DNA of 64,000 nucleotides from Ramazzottius varieornatus. Its lineage: Eukaryota; Animalia; Tardigrada. The notes beneath the pieces were generated by a model. It saw only the letters and a list, made by a program, of their open reading frames with translations, did not search any database and was not told the DNA's origin. A program made the position numbers and the translations under genes. The DNA is taken from contig BDGG01000022.1 in assembly GCA_001949185.1 (NCBI GenBank), positions 124,001 to 188,000 of the forward strand, read 5' to 3'. Positions 50,000 through 61,011 of this stretch are shown here, piece by piece (position 1 is the stretch's first letter; the number at the start of each line of letters is the position of its first letter).

Positions 50000-51882
50000 A
50001 TGGTGTGCAGTGTTTGTTTGGGTTCGTCCAGTTCCGAGGCGGAAGCTGCTGGTGGAGACGTACGAAGCCGCCAAATTGAGAAGGAGCTGCAACGTGACAA
50101 GCAAATCTACCGTTCCACCCACCGCCTCTTACTCCTAGGTATGATCAACGTCCACTTGTGACCTCGGGCCTTGCGGGCCCTGAATTGGAAGAGGGGGCCG
50201 CCTGCTGGTATATTGGCTATCTGTGCCCGTTTTGACAGGGTCCGGCGAATCGGGCAAGAGCACCATTGTCAAGCAGATGAAGATTCTACACGTCGACGGC
50301 TTCAGTGCAGAGTATCTGTGCTTTTCACGGAACTGCTTCCCTAGCCTGCTATAGAGAAAACATGTGTATGGTCCGTTACAGAGAGAGACGTGAGAAGGCA
50401 AGGGAAATACGGGAGAATGTTCGCGAGTCCATAGCGGTAGGCCTCATGTCTTGACTACTGCACTTCTCACTGTCTAACCAAGAAAAGCCTGCATGATGGA
50501 CTTTGTGCCAACAGACGATAACGGGCGAAATGTCCAATTTGAGACCACCGGTGGAGCTAGAAGATCCTCGCAACGAAAGCCGCCTTCAGTACATTCAAAG
50601 CATTGCCGACGTCGCCAATTTCGTCTACCCTGATGTAGGTCCGATGTCCTGCGCACTTTTCAAAGTGACCCCCAACCCCCATTTCCATTTCGTGTGTTGG
50701 ACTGTAGGAATTTTGGGACTGTACGGAGGCCTTATGGAGAGATCGTGGGGTTAAGGAATCATTTAACCGCGGCAACGAATATCAGCTTATCGACTGTGCC
50801 AAATAGTAAGTGGCGATAAGCGAAAAAAGAAGCGTCATGTCTACAATATTGATATCAGCGATCTGCCTTGTACCTTCCACAGCTTCCTGGACAAGTGCTC
50901 CGAAGTTCGCCAAGCCACCTACGTTCCTTCTGACCAGGTGGCGTCTTCCCAGGCAGTGATACATTGTGATGGTTGAATGCCAAAGCCGGTCTTTCTACGT
51001 AGGATATTCTGAGGTGTCGAGTTCGAACCACCGCCATTCAACAAACCAAATTTGTCATGGACAAAGTCAATTTTCAGTAAGACCAAGCTTCTCTCAGTCT
51101 GCGCCGTGCTAATGAACATTTCTTATCCATATCATATTGATCTGCGCTGCAGCATGTTTGATGTGGGAGGACAGAAAGGGGAACGCGGCAAGTGGATCCA
51201 GTGCTTTAACGATGTGACGGCCATCATCTACGTCACAGCCTGCAGCAGCTACGACATGCAAGTCCGCGAAGGCACCCACGAGAATCGCCTACAAGAATCT
51301 CTTGATCTCTTTAAAAGCCTGTGGAACAACAGGTCACATATATTATTATACCATATCCTGACGTGATGCAACGGGCAGCGCAATTATCATAAGGTCCTTG
51401 CAGGTTTCTGCGTTGCATATCGATGATACTCTTCCTCAATAAAGTGGACCGCCTGCAAGAAAAGATCGTGTCTGGACGTTCTCGATTAGAAGATTACTTT
51501 CCCGACTTTGCCACCTACATGCGAGACGAGGAGGAAGATTCGCTGGCTAACGTCTTTCGTCGGCGCATCGATTCGGCCATCGTCAAGAAGGCTCGACCGG
51601 CTGTCCGAGACCGCCAAGTCGATCGCGCTCGCTACTTTATACGTGACGAGTTCTTGGTATATCCAAATACTACCGTCCCATATCATTCTTCTGCTCTTTA
51701 ATAAAGGCCCTTTGCTCATGTCTTTGCAGCGCATCGCCACCAGCAATGCCGACGACAAGTTCAAGAAGAACTGCTTCCCCCATTTCACCTGTGCCGTCGA
51801 CACGGAGAATATTCGTCGCGTCTTCAACGATTGTCGCGACATCATCCAGCGTATCCATCTAGGCCAATACGAGCTGCTGTGA
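50000..51882 (+). CDS. GNAS: G protein alpha-s subunit, copy 2 (divergent tandem paralog, apparently intact)
   Basis: MVCSVCLG..., [65 protein letters not shown], ...[11 protein letters not shown]. Intron positions match copy 1 except one. Confidence 0.93.
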
Positions 51883-52166
51883 AGATGGAGCACTCCCCTG
51901 ACAAGTTTCGGCCCCACTACACCTACCTAGTCCACTACTTTATTTGCGCTCAAGCACAATCATTATCACCCTTAGCGGAGAAAGAAGCACATTAACACTG
52001 CTCAGTCTTGCACTTCTGTCCTAATCAGAGACCAATGTCATCTTCGTAAAATTCAAATAAATAAAACGACAAGTCTTTCTTTGATACTGTATAAAAGGTC
52101 TCGCTGTTGCGCCTAACGGGCGAAAGTAGGACCATCAGTAGTATAAGTTTCTTCGTGATGCAACAT

Positions 52167-54542
52167 CTATTTGGTAACTTCGTGCATGGCGTGAGCTGCA
52201 AGAAAAAGGCATAGCCGACGATTAGTCTTTGCTGTGGGCTCTCTGTCAGCTTATACTGTGGCTGCACTCACCAAGGTAGGCGTTATTCTTGCTGGTGACA
52301 CCGGCCATGGAAATTCGTCCGTCCTTTGTCAAGTAGATGGAAAAGTCTTTTGTCAACCTTTCAACCTATCAATGACGACGTTTGCCACAGTAGCACTGCT
52401 ACTGTTTCTACCTAGCAAGGAGAGGGACATACCTGAGCAGCGTTGAGGCCGGTGAAGCAGAACATGCCAATCTGGTCGGTGATGTGCTTCCAGTCGCGCG
52501 TCGAACCTTCTTTCTGCAGATTATGGGCCAGCATCTGCCGCATCTTGATGATACGATCGGCCATAGCCTTGACATCTTGCAACCTGTAGACAACAGAGAG
52601 AGGGGGAGGGGTTGGGGAAAGATGCTAGCTGAGCAGTGACTGACCATTCTTGGTGGAGTTGGGGGGTGTTGAGGATGGCCGAAGCCAGTCGGGCGCCGTG
52701 GACGGGCGGGTTGGAGTACATGGGGCGAATGATAATCTTCAGCTGGCTCTCCACCGCCTTGGCTTCCTCCTTATTGCTGCAGACGACGGTGAAGGCGCCG
52801 ACGCGCTCGCCATACAAGCCCATGTTCTTGGCAAAGGACTGGGCCAGCACAATCTTGTGGCCCTCCTCCACAAACTGCCGCACGGCGTGGGCGTCGCCAT
52901 CCGTGTCGCCGCTGGCAAAGCCTTGGTAGGCCATGTCGAAGAAGACAAAGGAATTCCGATTCTACAGTCCCACACACCCCATACCACTCATGCTTCCACC
53001 ACTGTTGAACGCACATCAAATATGCACACCTCTGACCTTGATGACTTTGGAGATTTCTTTCCAGTGTTCGGGCTTTGGATCGACGCCTGCAAGGACACAA
53101 TGATGGCTCGGCCACTGCTCGACAACAGCGCGCCATTGTGGCCCAACAGAAGGAAAAGCAGAAAAAGCTCTTCGTACCCGTAGGATTGTGGGCGCACGCG
53201 TGGAGGAGAACGATCGACTGCTGGGGAATTTTCTGCAAAGAAGGAAAGACGCTCCCCAACGTCCCAGTCAAATCAAGAAGAAAGCAACTTGCAAACATGT
53301 CTACCGCCTACCGCCAGATCTTGCAAGGCACCCACATGGTCGAAGCCGCACGTCTTGGGATCGTAATATCTATACTGTTTGACAGCTAAACCAGCATGTC
53401 TAGAAGGAAGAACTCATCCTCTATATCCGTTAGTGTCCCAAGGACGATTGCAGCCGATGGCCATTTTTCTGTCCAAGCATGCTCACTTACTTGAAGATGG
53501 GCGTATGATTACCCCACGAAGGTGTCGGTAAATACACTTCCTTGTTTCCCTTGAAGAACTTTTCCTGCCAACGACAAGAATGACAGTATAGCGCCGCTCG
53601 TCGCCCAAGGCAGTGGCGGCAAGCCACAGACCAATGCCTACCAGGAAGTTGGCTCCCAGGCGTAGTGCTCCAGTGCCCGAGATGGCCTGTACTGTCACGT
53701 TCTGTAACAAGCCATAAATAAACACAGATCAACATATCAAAGCCTTTCACTAAGTCTCCGAGGAGGAGGAGGAGGAGGAGGAGGAGGGTAAAAGGACACG
53801 CACCAGTCCGTCACGGATAACGTGACTGTCAGGGCCAAAAGCCAGCTTAGCAGCAGCTTTGTTGAAATCTGCCAGACCAACGATCGGCGCATATTCCTTG
53901 TCCAGGCCTTGCTCCTCGATCATCGCTTCAGCCTAAGCCAAGGAAAAAGAAGTTCGATACCTGCTGCCACAAAAGCTAAGCACGAACCAGCGAAACATGC
54001 ACTTCTTCCGGTTGAGCTCTGGCCTGCACTGGCGCGTGACGTCATGGAGCCAAACAGACTGTACAGTTTCTAAGCAGTGCATGTGACGTCATCGCGCAGG
54101 TTAACATGACCATCATTCACTTTTCTTACCTTTTTGACGCTGGGCAGGATGAAAGGCTTGTTGTTATCGTCGCGATATGCCCCCACACCCAAGTTGATCT
54201 TCTTCTCACTGGTATCCTTCTTGAAGGCTTCCGTCACACCCAAGATGGCATCGGGAGGCCCCAACTCAACCTGTACATAGGATTATCATCACAGCTTGTT
54301 ACCTTGCCAGTCTCCCACATCACAAGTGGAGCTCAGTCTTATCGATGGCATCGGTGAATACTCACGTGCGACCACCAGCTACCAGAGTTTGCAGTGGAGG
54401 ATGCAGAGGAGGCCGAATCCTGGGAAGAAGTCTGGCTGGCTGCAGAAGCAGTCTTGCTGGAAGCACAGCGTACACTGCTCTGATGGAAATATGTCCATAG
54501 CGCGCGCGACGACGTCGCCGCTTTGCTGCTGATCAGGGCCAT
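52167..54542 (-). CDS. GOT2: Mitochondrial aspartate aminotransferase
   Basis: Presequence [10 protein letters not shown]..., [71 protein letters not shown] (PLP lysine), [17 protein letters not shown], last exon AHAMHEVTK*. Confidence 0.97.
53760..53786. repeat. (GAG)9 microsatellite in a GOT2 intron
   Basis: Direct read of the sequence. Confidence 0.9.
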
Positions 54543-56739
54543 CTTGTGCCGGGTAGACCTGTAGGATGAGGCTGAATAACCGCAGATGGGGCGGAAGGCT
54601 TCAAAAGTGACTTGTGCCTGGGAGGAGTAAAATAGCTGAAAGGGTGGAAGATGCAAAGTGGACAAAAAGGCCGTCAGCTCTGAGCACGACAGTATGGTGG
54701 TCAATTGGGATCAATCAGTAATGACAGTCAAGCACGGATGCTCATTGCTCGACCTCGCTGAGCTGCAAAGTACCAAGGGTTTCCGCGCGGCAGCCTATTC
54801 CTTGACACCAGGCAGTGCGGGATCATTTTCGTTAGTTGCTACATGAAAAGATACCTAGCCCACATTATGCTTCAACGCCAGAACGCCATAGTCAGTTCAT
54901 GGGCAACTTGCATCATGGGAATGCTACCGACTGTTCCACGGAGTGTCGACGGCGTAAGCTGAGAGCGGTGGTACAACGCAGATGAAGCCCATTGCAGCTC
55001 CAACAAGGAACCTGCCAGCGATAAGCAGCTCGAAAGAAGATGCCCATTGAGACAAAACGAAGATAAAATGGCACTCGCCATTCAGGTTCCAGAACTTTCA
55101 CGTCTTCGAATTAAGGCTATTACTAAGCGGCATCAGCCCACACGAAAATCAACGAACCGTCAACGGTGGACCTCCAGCGGCTTTATTCGCACTGGGAAGT
55201 CAAGCGGCCAGGTTTCTCTTCACGTAGGTTCATTAGTTACAAAAAAACCATCACCTTCCAGCGAATGTCCGTTAGTCACCTTAACCACCGTTCTCAACTC
55301 CTCTACATTATTCTCTAAAACCAAAACTGAATCTGTTCTTGAGCGTGAACAAGAAATCGGGAAAAGATTGCTAGCTTCTTGTATTAATATTCCCAAGACA
55401 GCTGCCACCTGTTGCACAGGACACATGTTGCTCCGCACTTCTTCCACAAAAGGAATGAAGAAGCGAAGGTAGTAGTCCTCGATGTCGGTCAAGACCTGCC
55501 GAGCGTCCGTCTGACTATACTCGGTCAAAGCCGTGGAGGTTTGCTCCAGTAGGGCGCTGAGGTGCGACATCACCGGAAACGTACATGATCCTTGATCATG
55601 CGAGAAGGCCCGATGCGCAGTACGTAAACCTAGGTCAATCCATTGAGATCTGCCCAGGCCATGCAACGGTCTTCCCGAATGCTCCAAAGATGTCCGTAAA
55701 AACGCGCAGCCCTTCACTTCTTGACATGTGCACGTTTACTCAGACCATGCGAAACATCTAACTTACCGGTCGTAGCGTAGAACTAGCTATAATCAGCGGT
55801 CCATTCGACGTTGGGCAAGTTCAGAATAGACGATCGTAATCAGTGTTATTTTACTATGCAATTAAAACGATTAGAAATCACGTGCTACTCTTAAGTCTAC
55901 GTGATCAGCTGACTGTAACTAAATTTTATTATCGCTGACGAATTTCAATTATTAAAACTAAAATTCGATTTCCTATTATGGATCAATCAATCAAGCGAAC
56001 ACCAACCCGCACAATTGAAACGATTTTAATTATCAAAATCGATTTCCTATTATAATGATTAAAAAAACACTGATCGTAATGAGGCAGGAAAGGTAGCAGC
56101 CGCTCCTCATGCTACAGTGGACGACAAAATAGCTTTCGAAAATGGGTGTCAACGGAACCAGCTGGACGCAGCGAATCAAATTTGTGCCTTGGCTTAATAG
56201 TTATTTTGATTCCACGATAACATTTAAGACGCTCCGCCATTCTAAGAAGCTTATTTTGTCGTGCACTGTAGCAACACTTCGATTGCCGCACACGGTATGT
56301 AACGGTGGCCAATGGCCTCGACTCAGCCTGACGTCCCACCTGTTCACGACATGTCGAAGCCCTGCACGGGCACTGAACCAACCGATGACTCATGGGTACG
56401 CGTAGTCAGCAGCGGAATCTCAATGATTCGAGCACCCTGACATTTTTTACTGTTCACCTTGAACTGCAGCTGCTCTGATCGTTGGGTTTAAACTTCTTAA
56501 TTGCGAATTTCCCGGATTTCCGTCTCCCTATTCACTTCTCCCGCTGATGAAACCGTGTCTCGTTCCGTCAGTTGCTGTATCGATAAAGCCTGCCGAGGCA
56601 GTCTTGGTGGACATCCTCGATGGTTTGTGCCTAAGTACTCAGGTGGACGGAACAAGTTCGAACGGCCATGTCATCTTAGCTCTTGCAAGAACAGGCCGGG
56701 AATGGAGTGCCGAGAAAGAGGTGAATCCGCAAATAACGG

Positions 56740-56977
56740 TTGAAGCGGATTGCGACAATGTGTCAACCTGGCACAGTAACGAGTTTGCCATCGTGGGGCC
56801 ATTAATATGGCAATTTGCCTACTGAGTAGTCTGGCCAACCAGGAAGCCGTTATGCTGCTGGGGCCGATGATGGTGGCTCGTTACACCTGTAACAGCAACT
56901 TTAACCTTGTGGGTATTGCCTTTTTGACATACACTCCAGACGACTCGTGGAAAGGTATCATATGCCTTTGTGCATAG
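56740..56977 (+). pseudogene. Decayed sushi/CCP-domain fragment
   Basis: VARYTCNSNFNLVGIAFLTYTPDDSWKGIICLC fits the CCP pattern Y-x-C...F-x-L-x-G...C...W...C with the third Cys replaced by Tyr. Stops and frameshifts lie immediately upstream. Confidence 0.5.
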
Positions 56978-58257
56978 CAGGATACGGTCCTACCTTGATT
57001 CCGCCTTTGTCAAGCAGATGGAAAAGCGACGCCAGAAGATTAAGCCGTTTGCGGTGTGGCGCAGCGGGCTTTGGAGAACGACATTGACGCCTGGTTAAAG
57101 CTGCGCTCCTTCATGAACCACCTGCCCTTCTCCAGCCAGGACGCTGCAGCCTTCCGAGCCGATATTGACGCGTGGCAAGGTGATATTCCCTTACTCGACA
57201 CCGTCATTCCGCTACAGTCCACCGCCGCCTAAGTTACCACATGCTCGATGTCATCGAGCATCTTGATCGATCAGAGTGGAATCGGGAGAGCTTTTTCATA
57301 GCTTTGGTCCTCTGGATGAATCTATTTGGACAAGACGATCGTGCATCAAAATGCCTTTACCCGATCATGCTCTTCTCTTGGTGGGAGAGTGTGTGTCAGA
57401 GTCCAGAGTGCTTTTATTGGTCATTGTAGACAGAAAGATGAGACTTTATATTTCAATTAGAGGCCAAAACATCTTGGCGGCTTTTTGCGCGACAAGTCTT
57501 CCCTCTGCCTGCTGATTCAAGCTCAATCGGGCAACTTTATTCCCTTAAGCGGGCATTTTTGGCCAAGAGAGCAAAGACTGTTAGAAGGGATGTAAAGGGA
57601 TAATTGCCTATAAGGCCGACTCTTTAGGAAGCCATATTGTGACAAGCACAGCATAGATAAACTGGCCGCTTCGAGGAAATGACACCCAACCCTCTTCCTT
57701 ATTTATTTTGCGAATTTCCTTCCAAAGCATGAGGTACCCTACTTCACGCTACTTGGCTCTCCAGTACGCCGCGAAGTACGGTAATTCAAATTCCGCACCA
57801 CCTTGTAAGATGGAATTCCAGTCACTTCCACTCACCGCCGTAATCGTCACAGGGCGCCATCATCGAATGATTTTTGCCCGGTGAGGAATAAGCCTGTCTA
57901 ACCACACCAAATTCTGCAACTGGCGCGCTCCAACCTTTGGCATCATTATGGCTCTGAAGGGCTCGACAGCCACTTTCAAAAAGATATGGGACACAGGGAG
58001 CAGCTATTTTTTCGCCTAAGTGTCTATTCTCTTCCTTTTCCATCAAGTCGGACAGAATCTCACAAGATTGCAAAACTTTGAACTTTTGCGCTTTAGCTAC
58101 GAAAGGCCAAAGGTGGTCAATATTCAGAGCAAACGGATTGGAGCTATGCACCGTTTGGTACAGATTGGCATTATGCCTATGTGATCGGGTAAGGCACTCT
58201 GTTGGCGACCTTTAACGGATAATTTGTGGAGATAGTTACTTTCTGTTGTCAATTACG

Positions 58258-60555
58258 GACATGCACTTTGTCAAGTGCGGCAAGTGGTACGAGTAAACGG
58301 AGGCAATGGCGGCAAAAGCACTGACCTGGCCAAGTAAAACATTGTCTTTTGTTGCGATCGAAGAAGGGTAGACGCAGTAGTCGTACTGTACAGAAATGTC
58401 TTTACAGATGCGTTTGGCGAATTGGCGATGGTTAGAAGATACTGTATTCCCTCTAAGGTTCTGCGCAGTACGTCATCACGAAAGTGAATTATACCCCGCA
58501 AAAACTTTACGGTACATCAGACTGATTGTTTGATTGTTGCCTATCAGGTTGTCACTCATTGCTCATTGTTTTCTGAATTTTTAACCGGAAGCACATTGCT
58601 GAGCTCCTTGCCGCAATGAGCCCTAAAACTCATAGTACTTACTCTGTGGAGGAAGCCAAGCGTCATGTCATTGCACTGGAAAGGTGGGAGGGAAGTATTT
58701 GGAGTTACGCCAAGGCTGTTGGAATATCTGAATCGACATTGCGCCTTTGGAAGTAAAAACTGCTTCAAGTTGTTTCGGATCCCTTAGTGTTTCCCCAATA
58801 ACTTTTGTCATTCTCAGGTCTGGAAAGCTTCCAGGAAACAACAAAAACTCCGCAAAGCAGATTATGCACCCTGAACTCGATGTAGAGATGTACAGCAAAT
58901 ACGAAGAGCGTCTCGCGCAGCTCAAGCCCGCTCGAGATTTCGACCTGCAAAGAATGGCTCTTGCCGCTGCTGTCAAGCTGGGAATCACAAAGTTTAGGGC
59001 TTCGAAAGGATGGGTGAAGAAGTTTAGAAAGCGACGTGGAATAGTTTTGAGAGTCACAACGAAGATTGGCCGAAAGTTCGCGCAAGCAGACGAAGACAGG
59101 GTAAGAGGTCTGCTTATTACGGTGTGTGACGTCCTGTTATGAAATTTTTTTAAGCCGTGTTACTTGCTATTGATTATGATTAGTGACGACATGCGCAAAT
59201 TAAACTGCCATTCGCTTCTCCTATCTGCAGATCCAGGAAAGATTCTTCCTACACAGGATTTTTGAAGCCGTCTCCCTAAATCAACCTCATCCTTACTACA
59301 TCATGAACATGGACTTCAAACAGACTGCAGAACACGTATAGGAATCTCCAAAAGGTGCAAAGAAGTTTGAGTTGTCCAGCCTCCAGGAGATCCCGAATGC
59401 ATGTGTGCCTCACGATTTGCGCCGACGACTCAAAATTCCTCGCTTCCATCGTGTTTAAAGGCAACAAGAAGACCGGGAAGCTGTCGCCAAGATTCCTGAA
59501 CAAGTTGGTGATCCCCGAGAACGTGCGCATCTTCAGTATTCATTCGGGGTGGTGGAATTCGGCTTTTGATCAGTTCTGGATCAGCGAAACATTCGACGAA
59601 AGACACGATGGTGGAACCCTGATTCGCGCCAGCTCACGGGAGTTTCGAAAGTCAGATCTACTGGAAAATCCGGGTATCGAACAGGTGATCATTCCCGCTA
59701 GACTCACTGGTACCTATCAACCTCTCGACGCAGGTGTTAACTTTCCCTTGGAATCGTACCTGCGGCGATCTTACCATGTCTGGAGGGATGATCTCACCGC
59801 TGTTACCAAGAGTGGGTACTTGGAGAAGCCGAGCCGCCAAGATTTCATCCATTTTGTTTCGGAGGCTTGGGACAAAATCAAGGTTTCTACGGTAGAAAAT
59901 TCTTTTGTTGAAGCTAATATTATACCAGAGCCTTTATAAATTTTAGTTGGACAGGAAGAGATTATGGATAGTCCTGAGGATTTGGTGGCCTCTTTCGAGT
60001 GTAGTTTCAGCTCGGTGGAAGATTCATTCACAGAAGAGTAAAGCGTTACTGTGTATGGAAATTGATTGACGAGCCTTTGATTGGCGACCTAGTTGTTTTT
60101 CTATACCTGGTAATATTTACGGGCTTGTCACGTGACTGCGCAGAACCTTAGAGGAAATACAGTACTTGGTTGAGACTGATTTGTGTCGAAGGAGCGCTTC
60201 GCTGACTTCGTTTCGGGGTACGAAGTAGTGGCAGCGCTTCGTCAGAGCTGCGCACAGGCACTTGGGGCTCTTCTACGCTGGCCTTGGCAAGACATGGTGC
60301 AACGTCTTTCCGATTTTCTACTGCACCTAATGGATCAGAAAGAATGGCAAGCGCCACATGGCGGATTGCTAGAAGTAAAATATCTACTGGAAGGTTCGGC
60401 GTCCGACAGTCACACAGTGTGGGCCGTAATCTTGCTTTCCTACTTTTCTTTATTAATGCTCTTCTGTCTGTGCACAGGACAGGATCGAAGCAACCTTACC
60501 CAAAGTTTTCCCATCGATCCTCCATAGCCTGAAAGTCAGTTGCGCCGAAATCCAA
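58258..60555 (+). pseudogene. BTAF1: Intron-containing BTAF1/Mot1 HEAT-repeat gene fragment interrupted by a pogo element
   Basis: VRQVVRVNGGNGGK; WRWLED|TWLRLICV across the transposon; ERFADFVSGYEVVAALRQSCAQALG...WQAPHGGLLEVKYLL; DRIEATLPKVFPSILHSL. These are collinear with the BTAF1 segments [24 protein letters not shown] and WEVRHGGLLGIKY. Confidence 0.8.
58442..60162 (+). mobile_element. pogo/Tigger-like DNA transposon, degenerate transposase
   Basis: 28-bp TIRs (58442-58469 and 60135-60162, 1 mismatch) with TA duplication. CENP-B-like HTH FRASKGWVKKFRKRRGI, IMNMD, TICADDSK, YQPLDAGVN. Second catalytic Asp lost (LIRAS), with frameshifts and an intron near 59101-59231. Confidence 0.92.
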
Positions 60556-61011
60556 CTCAGACTTGGCCGTCAGGATTAAGCTGAACAATTCAATGTCAAA
60601 GCCGTAGAGGTATGCTACTACTGGAGAAATAAAGATACGGTCATAAAAAGCTACAGAATGAAAAAGCTGTAATCAAAGGAAAAGAGCTGAAAAGCAGCAG
60701 AGAGTAACGCGGACAGCTGAGACTATGCAGAAAGGCGGTAGGTATATATAGGTTATAAGTCAAAGAGACCAGCGAGGCAGTCTGCATAAAAGACTATGTG
60801 ATAATGACATGAGCGCGGATCACAGCCTGCAACGAAACAGCGCGGTGGAAAGCCTGACAAAATAACGACAAGTAAAAGAGATCGCAGCTATCACCATCAA
60901 TCCAGACGAACCAACATCATGATCAGATCGACCATCGAAACTTGCTGGCAAAAGCCAAAAGGACAAAGAAATTATACTCTTATACTCGAAGAGAATACAG
61001 GGCGACGAGGG

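Noticed and set aside
52246-52273. Alternative GOT2 C-terminus GECSHSIS* by intron retention
   Set aside because: A strong GTGAGT donor and a downstream exon give the conserved AHAMHEVTK* end.
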